Shown: piece by piece, positions 9,221-18,793 of the stretch
Layout of the letters: every line of letters starts with the position of its first letter
Position numbering within the stretch: the stretch's first letter is position 1
Program-made: the position numbers and the translations under genes
Source of the DNA: an uncultured bacterium
GTDB taxonomy: Bacteria; UBP4; UBA4092
Assembly: GCA_964644695.1 (NCBI GenBank)
Contig: CAZXWN010000001.1
Coordinates: forward strand, 704,805-768,804
Direction: 5' to 3'
Length of the DNA stretch: 64,000 nucleotides
Notes under the pieces: model-generated
Seen by the model: the letters and a program-made list of their open reading frames with translations, nothing else
Told to the model about the DNA's origin: nothing
The model's database searches: none

Positions 9221-10267
9221 TTATTTTATTGTATTAACCATATTGAAGATTGGTAAATACATACAAATAACCATACCACCGATGAGAACACCCAAGACAA
9301 CAATTAATAAGGGTTCAATTAGCGATGTAAGTGCTGCTACGGCTGCATCAACTTGTTCATCATAAAACTCTGCTATCTTACTCAACATTTCTTCAAGAGC
9401 ACCGGTTCTCTCACCTACAGCAATCATACGCGTAACCATCGGAGGGAATACCCCTGTTTGCATAAGAGGTGCAGAGATACTTTCACCCTCTTGAATACTG
9501 GTCTTTGTTTTTAAAACGGCTTGTTCAATAATGACATTGCCAGATGTTTTTGCCACAATTTCCAAGGCGGTAATGATATTAACACCAGAACGTACTAATG
9601 TACTTAATGTACGAGTAAATTTGGCGACGGCAACTTTTCTGAAAAGATCACCAAATACAGGCATTTTCAGTTTAAANNNNNNNNNNNNNNNNNNNNNNNN
9701 NNNNNNNNNNNNNNNNNNNNNNNNNNNNNNNNNNNNNNNNNNNNNNNNNNNNNNNNNNNNNNNNNNNNNNNNNNNNCGAGCAAGGTTACCTGATTTTTCC
9801 AGATAAAGTGCAAGCTGGTTCAAAATACCATCCAACATACCGGAAGCTTCACCCGCTTTTACCATATTGACATAAAGGTCCGTAAATACTTTCGGATGTC
9901 GCTCCAACGCAGAAGTTAATGTGCTGCCAGCTTCAACATCTTTTTGTATGTTTAGAACAACTTGACGGAAATTTGCATTTTCCATCTGTTCACCCAGAAC
10001 ATCCAAACTCTCAATCAAAGGAAGACCGGCGCTAACCATCGTAGATAACTGACGCGTAAAAATAATCAAATCATCAAGTTTAATCTTACTTCCCAACTTG
10101 CCAAAAAAACCAGAACGGCCTTTACCTGCCATATCCAAAGATATAGATGTAACTAACAAACCTTGACCACGCAGTTGTCTGAGAACAGTTTCCTGATTTG
10201 GACCTTCCAAGGTTGATTGTATTAGAGCTCCCTGGCTGTTACGAGCTGAATACTTAAAATTGGGCAT
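9221..10267 (-). CDS. pilC: Type IV pilus inner-membrane platform protein PilC (T2SSF family), interrupted by assembly gap
   Basis: FTRQLSTMVSAGLPL, MVKAGEASGML, VGERTGALEEML, LIEPL, MYLPIF; N run at about 9678-9776. Confidence 0.92.
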   Translation of the reverse strand: MPNFKYSARNSQGALIQSTLEGPNQETVLRQLRGQGLLVTSISLDMAGKGRSGFFGKLGSKIKLDDLIIFTRQLSTMVSAGLPLIESLDVLGEQMENANFRQVVLNIQKDVEAGSTLTSALERHPKVFTDLYVNMVKAGEASGMLDGILNQLALYLEKSGNLAXXXXXXXXXXXXXXXXXXXXXXXXXXXXXXXXXXFKLKMPVFGDLFRKVAVAKFTRTLSTLVRSGVNIITALEIVAKTSGNVIIEQAVLKTKTSIQEGESISAPLMQTGVFPPMVTRMIAVGERTGALEEMLSKIAEFYDEQVDAAVAALTSLIEPLLIVVLGVLIGGMVICMYLPIFNMVNTIK

Positions 10268-10425
10268 AATGTTTGCCTACCCTTTTCATTAAGAATCCTG
10301 TCCAACTCATAGAGTTGGCAGTATACCTTACTATCCCACACTTATTACCTACTACCCCAAAAGAATACCACATCTCTTTCATGATTTTCGATGAGAAAAT
10401 GACTTCAAATATAAACAGGTAAAAA

Positions 10426-12132
10426 CTAATCAGCAATAGTTGCCCCTAATACTTCTTCCAAAGTGGTTAATCCCTCAATGACTTTTAAGATCCCGGATTC
10501 CCGTAAAGTACGCATTCCATTTTCCCTGGCAAGTTTTTTTATGTATATAAGGCTTTGTCCATCAATAAGAGCTTCTCTTATTATGTCAGTAACTACCAGT
10601 ATTTCATAAAGGGAAACACGACCTCTATAACCTGTTTTGCTACAGAAATCACATCCCATTCCACGAGCAAAAGTTATATTATCTTTTGAGACATTTTCTG
10701 GCAATATAAAGGACTGAAGAACGTCTTTACTGGGAACATAGGTTTCCTTACAACGAGGACAAATTCTTCGTACTAAACGTTGTGCGACAACCATATTCAA
10801 GGACGCTGTTACTAAAAATGGTTCAACACCCATATCGGTCAAACGCGTTACAGTACTTGGAGCATCATTTGTATGGATTGTGCTAAAAACCAGGTGACCG
10901 GTCATAGCCGCTTTAATGGCAATTTCAGCTGTTTCTAAATCTCGGATTTCACCGACCAGGATAATGTCAGGATCTTGACGCAGGAATGAACGCAGGCCAG
11001 CTGCAAAAGTCAGACCGATTTCGGATTTTGCCTGAACCTGATTCACACCAGACAATTGGTATTCTACGGGGTCTTCAATTGTCATAATATTGACATCGGG
11101 ACTGTTTACTGTACTTAAGGCTGAATAGAGGGTCGTTGTTTTACCACTTCCTGTGGGTCCAGAGACTAATACCATGCCATATGGTCGTGATATCTGTTCA
11201 TTAAAAACCCTTAAGGTATCCCCTTCAAATCCCAGTTTTGTTAAATCCAAAACAAGGCTGCTGCGATCCAAAATACGCATAACAACTTTTTCGCCAAAAA
11301 CTGTGGGAATAATAGAAACACGAAGGTCAACCACTCGATCCTCGATTTTGACCTTAAATCGTCCATCTTGGGGTAAACGGCGCTCAGCAATATCCATTTC
11401 AGACAGGATTTTGATACGAGAGACAATAGGTGCATATAATCTTCTGGGAGGAGGACTCACTTCGACTAAAGATCCATCAACACGAAAACGAACCCGAATC
11501 GTATATTCAAAAGCCTCAATATGAATATCACTGGCCCTGTCACGAATCGCTTGTTGAAGAAGAGCGTTGACCCACTTAATAACCGGAGCCTCATCACTCA
11601 TGGCTTTCATGTCAGCTACATCAACATCTTTATCCGTATCAGACACTACTTCCATTTCGTTTTCCTGAATATCTTTGAGCACCTGCTCCATGGCTCCACC
11701 ACGATAATACTGGTCTATCGCACGGAGAATATCTGATTCATAACTTATGAGGGGTATGATTTCAAATTTTGTTAATAATTTAAGTTCATCAAGAATAAAG
11801 ATGTTTGCAGGGTCAGCTAAAGCGACAGTCAGGGTATTACCCATCTTATCAACCGGAATAATTTTATACTTCCGAACGATGTCTTCCGGGATAGTTTTGA
11901 TGATTGATACATCAATTTCATAATGAGATAAAGTAATGTAGGGTATTCCAAGCTGCTTACTGAGGGCCTGAGCAATCGCTTCTTCAGAGACAAAACCTAA
12001 TGTCACCAGGGTATCACCTAACCGCTTACCCTGGGATCGTTGGGCCTCCAGCGCTTTATCCAGTTGCTCTTTAGTAATTAAACCTTCAGCAACCAGCATA
12101 TCGCCTAAACGATAATTTTCAGCAATAGACAT
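10426..12132 (-). CDS. pilB: Type IV pilus assembly ATPase PilB with canonical MshEN domain
   Basis: RLGDMLVAEGLITKEQLDKALEAQ...RLGDTLVTLG, ASDIHIE, ERRLPQDGR, GPTGSGKTTT, LRQDPD, CxxC pairs. Confidence 0.95.
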   Translation of the reverse strand: MSIAENYRLGDMLVAEGLITKEQLDKALEAQRSQGKRLGDTLVTLGFVSEEAIAQALSKQLGIPYITLSHYEIDVSIIKTIPEDIVRKYKIIPVDKMGNTLTVALADPANIFILDELKLLTKFEIIPLISYESDILRAIDQYYRGGAMEQVLKDIQENEMEVVSDTDKDVDVADMKAMSDEAPVIKWVNALLQQAIRDRASDIHIEAFEYTIRVRFRVDGSLVEVSPPPRRLYAPIVSRIKILSEMDIAERRLPQDGRFKVKIEDRVVDLRVSIIPTVFGEKVVMRILDRSSLVLDLTKLGFEGDTLRVFNEQISRPYGMVLVSGPTGSGKTTTLYSALSTVNSPDVNIMTIEDPVEYQLSGVNQVQAKSEIGLTFAAGLRSFLRQDPDIILVGEIRDLETAEIAIKAAMTGHLVFSTIHTNDAPSTVTRLTDMGVEPFLVTASLNMVVAQRLVRRICPRCKETYVPSKDVLQSFILPENVSKDNITFARGMGCDFCSKTGYRGRVSLYEILVVTDIIREALIDGQSLIYIKKLARENGMRTLRESGILKVIEGLTTLEEVLGATIAD

Positions 12133-12177
12133 CGTCTTTATACATCCCTCTTGTGTATAGTCTAATTACATACTAAC

Positions 12178-12771
12178 TCATTTAGTTTCATAAAGTCGAG
12201 ATTGTTTAATGTACTCCACCACTGGGTCTGGCAACCAATATCGAACAGGAAGATTGACACTTAATCGGTGACGGATTTCAGTAGACGAGATATCCATCTG
12301 TGGCATGTTTATTTTGAGTAATTTCTGCAAGACACCTGGATGAAGATGGCTGTCATCATATCCAGGACGACCGGCACCCGCAAATTTACATAAAGAGATT
12401 AATTCCTCAGACTTTCGCCAATTGGGAATATCCTCCAACATATCCATACCGACTATCAGATAAAGCTCAGTTTCTCCGTCATATTGTCCCAACAGCTCTT
12501 TAACTGTATCAATCGTAAAAGATACGCCTTCTCTCTGAATTTCACTGTCAGACACCGAAAATAAGGGGTTATTTTGAACCGCAATTTTCAACATATTATA
12601 TCGGTGTTCAGAATCAACTAATCCTTCAGAACGTTTATGAGGAGGTAAATATGCCGGCATAAAAACCACTTTATCCAGGTTCAGTTGACTGGCAGCCTCC
12701 TGAGCCAGGATTAAATGCGCATAATGTACAGGGTTAAATGACCCGCCAAACAATCCGATTTTCCGCATCAT
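12178..12771 (-). CDS. nadD: Nicotinate-nucleotide adenylyltransferase
   Basis: GLFGGSFNPVHYAH, PPHK, SFTIDT, ISSTEIR; likely start ATG at 12771 just after the proA stop. Confidence 0.95.
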   Translation of the reverse strand: MMRKIGLFGGSFNPVHYAHLILAQEAASQLNLDKVVFMPAYLPPHKRSEGLVDSEHRYNMLKIAVQNNPLFSVSDSEIQREGVSFTIDTVKELLGQYDGETELYLIVGMDMLEDIPNWRKSEELISLCKFAGAGRPGYDDSHLHPGVLQKLLKINMPQMDISSTEIRHRLSVNLPVRYWLPDPVVEYIKQSRLYETK

Positions 12772-12775
12772 AATT

Positions 12776-14032
12776 CTACTGACGAATCTGACCTTCTCCA
12801 TAAACAATGAATTTAAGACACGTTAATTCCTCAAGTCCCATGGGACCTCGGGCATGCAATTTGTCAGTACTGATACCAATTTCCGCGCCAAGACCTAACT
12901 CAAATCCATCATTAAATCGAGTACTGGCATTCACAAAGACAGCGGAGGAATCAACCTCACGCAGGAAACGCTGCGCAGTATAATAATTACGGGTAATGAT
13001 ACATTCTGAGTGTTTAGAATCGTATTTATCAATAAAACTGACTGCTTCTTCAAAATCCCGGACAACTTTGACTGAAATAATTTTAGCCAGGAATTCCTCA
13101 CTCCAATCACTCTCAACAGCAGATTTGGCAGAAGGATATAAACTACAAACAGTTTCATCGCCTCTAATTTCAACACCTTCCTCTGAAAGTGCCGATAATA
13201 CATCCAACATCATGGTTTTAGCCAGGTCTTCATGAACAATAAGGTTTTCAATGGTGTTACAAACACCCGGGCGTTGAACTTTTGCGTTTAAGACGATTGA
13301 CTTGGCCAATTCAGGTTCTGCTTCTTTATCAAGATAAACACTGCAAACACCTTTGTAATGTTTGATAACCGGAATCGTTGACTGTTCCACCACAGACCGA
13401 ATTAAGGCTTCTCCGCCCCGGGGAATAATCAAATCAATATAACCATCCAGTTTTATCATTTCATAAATCGCCTGCCGGTCAGTCACTGGCAGATATTGAA
13501 CAGCTTCCATGGGAGCATTGTTTTTCCGAAGCGCTTCCTGAAGGATACTTACAAGAACCATATTTGATTGGAAGGTCTCAGATCCACCTCGCAGTAAAAT
13601 CGCATTACCCGACTTAAGGGTAAGCGCTGAAGCATCAATGGTCACATTAGGACGGGACTCATAAATAAAACCAATAACTCCCAAAGGAACCCTCATTTTA
13701 CCAACCATTAACCCATTGGGGCGCCGCCACATCTTTGTTACCTCACCCACGGGGTCCGGAAGTGAAACAACATCTTTTAATCCATCTGCCATGCCTTGTA
13801 TCCGTTTGGGGGTTAATGTTAATCGATCAACCAGGGCGGGATTCATGTTTTTGGCTTTTGCAGATTCTACTTCTACGGCATTGACCTTAATAATTTCATC
13901 CTGCTTTTGTATCAATAACTCAGCTGTATCCAGCAAAATCTGATTTTTTGTTTTAGAATCCACTTGCGCTAAGCGACGAGATGCCTTTTGCGCTTTTTCT
14001 GCCAGTACTAAAATATCTTCCCGAATACTCAT
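12776..14032 (-). CDS. proA: Gamma-glutamyl phosphate reductase
   Basis: VPLGVIGFIYESRPNVT, IPRGG, VCN, NASTRFNDG, EIGISTDKLHARGPMGL. Confidence 0.97.
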   Translation of the reverse strand: MSIREDILVLAEKAQKASRRLAQVDSKTKNQILLDTAELLIQKQDEIIKVNAVEVESAKAKNMNPALVDRLTLTPKRIQGMADGLKDVVSLPDPVGEVTKMWRRPNGLMVGKMRVPLGVIGFIYESRPNVTIDASALTLKSGNAILLRGGSETFQSNMVLVSILQEALRKNNAPMEAVQYLPVTDRQAIYEMIKLDGYIDLIIPRGGEALIRSVVEQSTIPVIKHYKGVCSVYLDKEAEPELAKSIVLNAKVQRPGVCNTIENLIVHEDLAKTMMLDVLSALSEEGVEIRGDETVCSLYPSAKSAVESDWSEEFLAKIISVKVVRDFEEAVSFIDKYDSKHSECIITRNYYTAQRFLREVDSSAVFVNASTRFNDGFELGLGAEIGISTDKLHARGPMGLEELTCLKFIVYGEGQIRQ

Positions 14033-14192
14033 TGTTATACCTCTTAATTTTTATCTTATTTCAATGTTTAAACATTGGTTAGATTATACTTAGATACCTA
14101 TCGATAAAGGATAGTTTGACATAGCCTACTCTATCCTGCAACCATTTATCCCCATAAATTACTGTCTTTTCCTTTCTATTTAGAACTGTATC

Positions 14193-14233
14193 AATCACGG
14201 AGTTGTTCCGAGCAACTCCGTGGATTCTTCGTT
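14193..14233. repeat. Palindromic REP-like element, copy 1 (left arm shortened)
   Basis: cacggagttgttc-c-gagcaactccgtg-gattcttcgtt; same core as 43342-43386 and 55281-55329. Confidence 0.8.
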
Positions 14234-14374
14234 GATAAATGCATTTCCCTTCAAATTTGTAGGAAATTAATTGCGAGGTGGGTTCCACTCTGCTAAACTT
14301 ATAAATTCCCCTTGCTCTCATAAACTAATGACAGTCCAAGGGTTCATCTTTTAAGTTAGGAAGGTTAACTGATT

Positions 14375-15580
14375 ATGATGAATACAAATCAAATCAAAGA
14401 ATTAACTCATCAGTACATGCTAAATTTATCAGGTGAACGAGCTGCAGCATTGGTTCGTGGAGAAGGTATGTATGTTTGGGATGCTGATGGGAAAAAATAC
14501 CTGGATTTCATTTCAGGAATTGCAGTAAACCTAATCGGACATTGTCACCCTAAACTAGTGGAAACCATTAATCAACAAGCTAAAACATTGATTCATGTGT
14601 CAAATCTGTATTACACAGAACCCCAAGCTAAATTAGCCGAATTACTTTGTAGTTTAAGTTTTGGGGAAAAATGCTTCTTTTGCAATTCAGGTGCTGAAGC
14701 TAATGAAGGCGCCATTAAATTAGCACGAAAATATGCAAAGATGAACCATAGCCATGATAAATTTGAAATCATTTCTCTACTAAATTCCTTTCATGGCCGT
14801 ACCATGGGAGCACTGTCAGCAACTGGACAGGAAAAATACCAAAAAGGTTTTGAGCCCCTACTTCCAGGATTTAAGTATGCAGAACTAAACAACCTGGCTT
14901 CTGTTGAAGCACTTATCTCCGATAAAACCTGTGCCGTAATGATGGAACCCATTCAGGGAGAAAGTGGTGTCCATGAATCTACTCTGGAATTTATAAAAGG
15001 AGTCAAAGAACTTTGTCAAAAATATAACGCCCTGTTGATTTTTGATGAAGTCCAATGTGGCCTCGGTCGAACAGGAAAAATGTTTGCTTATGAACATTAT
15101 GGAATCACACCAGATATTATGACCTTGGCAAAAGGATTAGCCGGTGGGTTGCCTATTGGCGCTATTGTTGCTACCAACACTGTCGGCTCTGCATTTGAAC
15201 CAGGTAATCACGCATCCACTTTTGGTGGAAATCCATTATGTGCCGCCGCCGCCATAACCACGCTTCAAATAATTATCTCGGACAAACTCATTGAGAATGC
15301 TGAACAAATGGGAGATTATCTGAAAGTAAAATTAAAAGCTTTAATGTTAGATTTCCCCTGCATTACAGAAATTCGAGGAAAAGGACTACTGATTGGTGCA
15401 CAGTTAAATTGTAACGGAGCCCATTTGATTAAGATTGGTGTCGAAAAAGGAATGTTATTCAACTGTGCCGCAGGAACAACATTAAGATTCCTCCCCGCAT
15501 TAACCGTAAATAAAAACGAAATTGATGAAGCTATGGATATATTTGCTGATATCCTCACAACAGCCCAATTAGCAGGGTAA
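14375..15580 (+). CDS. argD: Acetylornithine aminotransferase
   Basis: YLDFISGIAV, CNSGAEANE, FHGRT, EPIQGESG, DEVQCGLGRTG, TLAKGLAGG, HASTFGGNP. Confidence 0.95.
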   Translation: MMNTNQIKELTHQYMLNLSGERAAALVRGEGMYVWDADGKKYLDFISGIAVNLIGHCHPKLVETINQQAKTLIHVSNLYYTEPQAKLAELLCSLSFGEKCFFCNSGAEANEGAIKLARKYAKMNHSHDKFEIISLLNSFHGRTMGALSATGQEKYQKGFEPLLPGFKYAELNNLASVEALISDKTCAVMMEPIQGESGVHESTLEFIKGVKELCQKYNALLIFDEVQCGLGRTGKMFAYEHYGITPDIMTLAKGLAGGLPIGAIVATNTVGSAFEPGNHASTFGGNPLCAAAAITTLQIIISDKLIENAEQMGDYLKVKLKALMLDFPCITEIRGKGLLIGAQLNCNGAHLIKIGVEKGMLFNCAAGTTLRFLPALTVNKNEIDEAMDIFADILTTAQLAG

Positions 15581-15592
15581 CTGGAGGTTGTC

Positions 15593-16546
15593 ATGAAAAG
15601 AGATTTTGTCGCCATTAAGGATTTGAGTTCTACTGAACTTGAACAATTAATTCATGCTGCACATAAGCTGAAAATCCGTCAAAAAAAAGGAATTCCTTTC
15701 AAACCACTGGAAGGAAAATCCTTAGGCATGATATTTCATAAACCTTCTGCCCGGACCCGGATATCCTTTGATGTTGGGATGTATCAACTGGGCGGTCATA
15801 ACCTGATATTAACAGAGCAGGAAATTGGTTTTGGAAAACGAGAGTCCATCTATGATCTGGCTCAGTTATTTAGTCGGATGATGGACATTGTTATGATTCG
15901 GACTTTTCATCATAACGACGTTTTAGAATTGGCGCACCATTCCACAATCCCAGTGATAAATGGGTTGACGGATTACAATCATCCCTGCCAAATATTGGCT
16001 GACTTATTAACTTTATTTGAGTCGGGAAAAAGTTTCAAACATCTCAAAGTTATATTTGTGGGTGATGGAAATAATGTTTGCATGTCATGGTTCTCCGCTG
16101 CGGCTCTTTTAGGGATTGATTTTACCCTTGCCTGTCCCGAGAAATATATGATCCCTGTTGAAAAACTCCAGTGGGCTTATCAACAAGCCGAAAAAAGTGG
16201 CGCTCAACTCCAAATCATTCATGACCCGGTAACAGCTGTAACAAACAGCGATGTGATTTATACGGATACATGGACCAGCATGGGACAGGAAACGGAAGCA
16301 GAAATAAGAAGAAAAGATTTTTCTGACTATCAGGTCAATAAAAAGCTGCTTTCACATGCAAAAGATACTGTATCTGTCATGCATTGCCTTCCTGCACATC
16401 GAGGAGAAGAAATTACAGACGAGATAATTGATTCACCTCAGTCCCTTGTTTTTGACCAGGCAGAGAATAGATTGCATGCCCAGAAGGCAGTCCTTTTATG
16501 GCTACTGGCTCCAGAGCAATTCATGGCGCTGTTATCTGAAAAATAG
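15593..16546 (+). CDS. argF: Ornithine carbamoyltransferase
   Basis: KPSARTRISF, INGL, HPCQ, DTWTSMGQE, HCLPAHRG, AENRLH. Confidence 0.95.
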   Translation: MKRDFVAIKDLSSTELEQLIHAAHKLKIRQKKGIPFKPLEGKSLGMIFHKPSARTRISFDVGMYQLGGHNLILTEQEIGFGKRESIYDLAQLFSRMMDIVMIRTFHHNDVLELAHHSTIPVINGLTDYNHPCQILADLLTLFESGKSFKHLKVIFVGDGNNVCMSWFSAAALLGIDFTLACPEKYMIPVEKLQWAYQQAEKSGAQLQIIHDPVTAVTNSDVIYTDTWTSMGQETEAEIRRKDFSDYQVNKKLLSHAKDTVSVMHCLPAHRGEEITDEIIDSPQSLVFDQAENRLHAQKAVLLWLLAPEQFMALLSEK

Positions 16547-16589
16547 CTTCCACAACACTTAATGTCATTCATGTAGGGGAATAATTATT

Positions 16590-17267
16590 ATGGCGAAAGA
16601 AAAAAAAACGACCATTGATGTAGATGGTATAACTTATTTACGAATTCCTGTTAAGACACATGTCATCCAGCCTACGGATTCACCTGCAGAAGTTGTCTTT
16701 CAATATGTAAAAGATATTCAACAACCCGGTGACATCATCTTTATCAGTGAGAAAGCTGTCTCCGTCACACAAGGTCGTTCAATACCTACGAGTCAAATTA
16801 AAGTTGGTTTTTTAGCCGGGTTCTTGTGGAAACATGTAACTAAAAGTCCACATGGTGTTGGTTTGCGCAATCCCTACTCTATGCAATGCGCAATCAATGA
16901 ATGCGGAAGCTGTAGAATTTTATTAGCATCTATCGTAGGTGCCATCGGAAAACTATTAGGACGACGAGGGGATTTTTATCGCGTAGCGGGTCCACAAGCC
17001 TCTGGAATTGATGCGCCCAACACTTCACCTGTTCCGGGATTTGAAAGCAATGTCAGCCTGGGACCTAAAGATCCCGATAAAGTAGCCCTTGCCATAAAAA
17101 ATAAAACTGGACTTGAAACAGCAATTGTAGATATAAATGATTTAGGCGGTGTCGTACTGGGCGCTACACCAGGAATTGATTGGGCACTCATTCCTCGGAT
17201 TTTAAAAGACAATCCTTTGGGGCAAGGTAATGAATTAACACCCTTTGGAATAATCCGCCGTCAATAA
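16590..17267 (+). CDS. CofE/F420-0:gamma-glutamyl ligase family protein of unknown substrate
   Basis: PGDIIFISEKAVSVTQGR, IVDINDLGG, DNPLGQGNELTPFGIIR resemble F420_ligase-family homologs. Confidence 0.7.
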   Translation: MAKEKKTTIDVDGITYLRIPVKTHVIQPTDSPAEVVFQYVKDIQQPGDIIFISEKAVSVTQGRSIPTSQIKVGFLAGFLWKHVTKSPHGVGLRNPYSMQCAINECGSCRILLASIVGAIGKLLGRRGDFYRVAGPQASGIDAPNTSPVPGFESNVSLGPKDPDKVALAIKNKTGLETAIVDINDLGGVVLGATPGIDWALIPRILKDNPLGQGNELTPFGIIRRQ

Positions 17268-17314
17268 TTAAAACCACAGTACAGATGTATAATGATGAAG
17301 AGGTCTCAGAAGAT

Positions 17315-18724
17315 ATGAGCAATCTATTAAAAACGCCTACAGTCTTGATCATTGATGATGATCCAGATATTCTGATTCTTCTGGAAATATTCTTTTCTGC
17401 AGATGGTTATCGTGTCATTACATCTTCAACAGGTTCAGAAGCAATTTCAATTTATAAGAAGAATAATATCGACCTGGTTATCACAGATTTTCTGATGCCT
17501 ACCATTGATGGCCTGGATATTTTAGCGGCGGTCCGTTCCAGTAATAAACCTGTTCCAGTTATTCTAATTACGGGACATGGTTCTATTGAAAAAGCGGTTG
17601 ATACCATGAAAGCTGGGGCTTTTGATTATCTGACCAAACCCATCAATAAAGAAAAGTTATTAATCACTGCACGAAAAGCAATTGAGAATCGTCGTTTAAT
17701 CCTCGAGAACCAACAACTCAAAGAACAATTGACCCAACAATATGGATTTGATCGAATAATCACGCAAGATAGTCGGATGCAAAAAGTTATCCAAACACTC
17801 AAATCTGTTGCAGAAACAGATGTCACGGTTCTTCTTTTAGGCGAGAGTGGTACGGGAAAAGAATTATTTGCACGCTCCCTTCATTATCACAGCCGGCGCA
17901 AATTTGATCCCTTTGTTCCTGTGAACTGTGCTGCCATACCTACGCCTTTACTGGAAAGTGAATTTTTTGGTCATGAAAAAGGGGCCTTCACAGGTGCAGT
18001 GACCCGTCGTGAGGGTCGTTTCGAATCTGCTAATGGAGGGACATTATTTCTTGATGAAATTGGGGAAATGGGTCTCGACTTACAAGCCAAACTGCTGCGA
18101 GTTATGGAAAAACAGGTCTTTGAGCGTGTGGGAGGGAATGAATCCATTAAGAGCGATGTACGCTTGGTTGCAGCTACAAATCGAAATTTGATTCAGGCCG
18201 TTAAGGATAAATATTTTAGAGAAGATTTATATTACCGGCTTAATGTTGTGACTATTACCATTCCGCCTCTGCGTGAACGCAAAAGCGATATCCCCTTATT
18301 AGCCAATTATTTCTTAACTAAATATGCAACTAAATATAATCGTCCCAAATTTGAAATTGCGGATGAAACACTTTTATTGTTGGAAAATTACTCCTGGCCC
18401 GGCAATGTAAGGGAAATGGAAAATTATTTTGAACGGTGGGTCGTCACACTGAATCATCCCCAATTAATCCCTGACCATTTACCCCTTGAAATTAAGAATA
18501 CACCAGTCAAGTCTCGTCTGATTGACACCGACACCCTCTTAGACGAACCAATGCCCGATAAAGTAACAGAACTTGAAATAGCTATCATTTCGGCAGCATT
18601 GTCAAAGACCAGAGGTATCCAGTCAAAAGCAGCTAAAATGCTGGGAATTACAGAACGTATACTAGGTTATAAAATCCAAAACTATAAAATCGATATTGAA
18701 AGTTTCAGACAACCTACTAAATAA
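17315..18724 (+). CDS. Sigma54-dependent response regulator (NtrC/AtoC/ZraR family)
   Basis: Receiver (IIDDD, TDFLMP, KP), GESGTGKE, GAFTGA, LFLDEIG, WPGNVRE, Fis HTH; start 17315 or 17285. Confidence 0.93.
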   Translation: MSNLLKTPTVLIIDDDPDILILLEIFFSADGYRVITSSTGSEAISIYKKNNIDLVITDFLMPTIDGLDILAAVRSSNKPVPVILITGHGSIEKAVDTMKAGAFDYLTKPINKEKLLITARKAIENRRLILENQQLKEQLTQQYGFDRIITQDSRMQKVIQTLKSVAETDVTVLLLGESGTGKELFARSLHYHSRRKFDPFVPVNCAAIPTPLLESEFFGHEKGAFTGAVTRREGRFESANGGTLFLDEIGEMGLDLQAKLLRVMEKQVFERVGGNESIKSDVRLVAATNRNLIQAVKDKYFREDLYYRLNVVTITIPPLRERKSDIPLLANYFLTKYATKYNRPKFEIADETLLLLENYSWPGNVREMENYFERWVVTLNHPQLIPDHLPLEIKNTPVKSRLIDTDTLLDEPMPDKVTELEIAIISAALSKTRGIQSKAAKMLGITERILGYKIQNYKIDIESFRQPTK

Positions 18725-18747
18725 CTCACCCAAAACATCCTAAATAA

Positions 18748-18782
18748 AAACAGGCCGGCAATATTTACCGGCCTGTTTCATT
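18748..18782. terminator. Bidirectional terminator between convergent genes
   Basis: aaacaggccgg-N9-ccggcctgttt with flanking A/T runs. Confidence 0.75.
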
Positions 18783-18793
18783 TCTGAAGACAA

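Noticed and set aside
9678-9776. Short PilC suggesting a deletion or pseudogene
   Set aside because: The missing part coincides with an N placeholder gap.
14230-14250. ArgR box upstream of argD
   Set aside because: tgataaatgca is a poor match to the ARG box and is not in tandem.
14079-14321. 80-aa minus-strand ORF between proA and argD
   Set aside because: No recognisable motif; runs across the palindromic repeat and promoter region; probably spurious.
15740-15765. argF SART (instead of STRT) indicating a different carbamoyltransferase
   Set aside because: SMG and HCLP ornithine-binding motifs and argD linkage support an ordinary OTCase.
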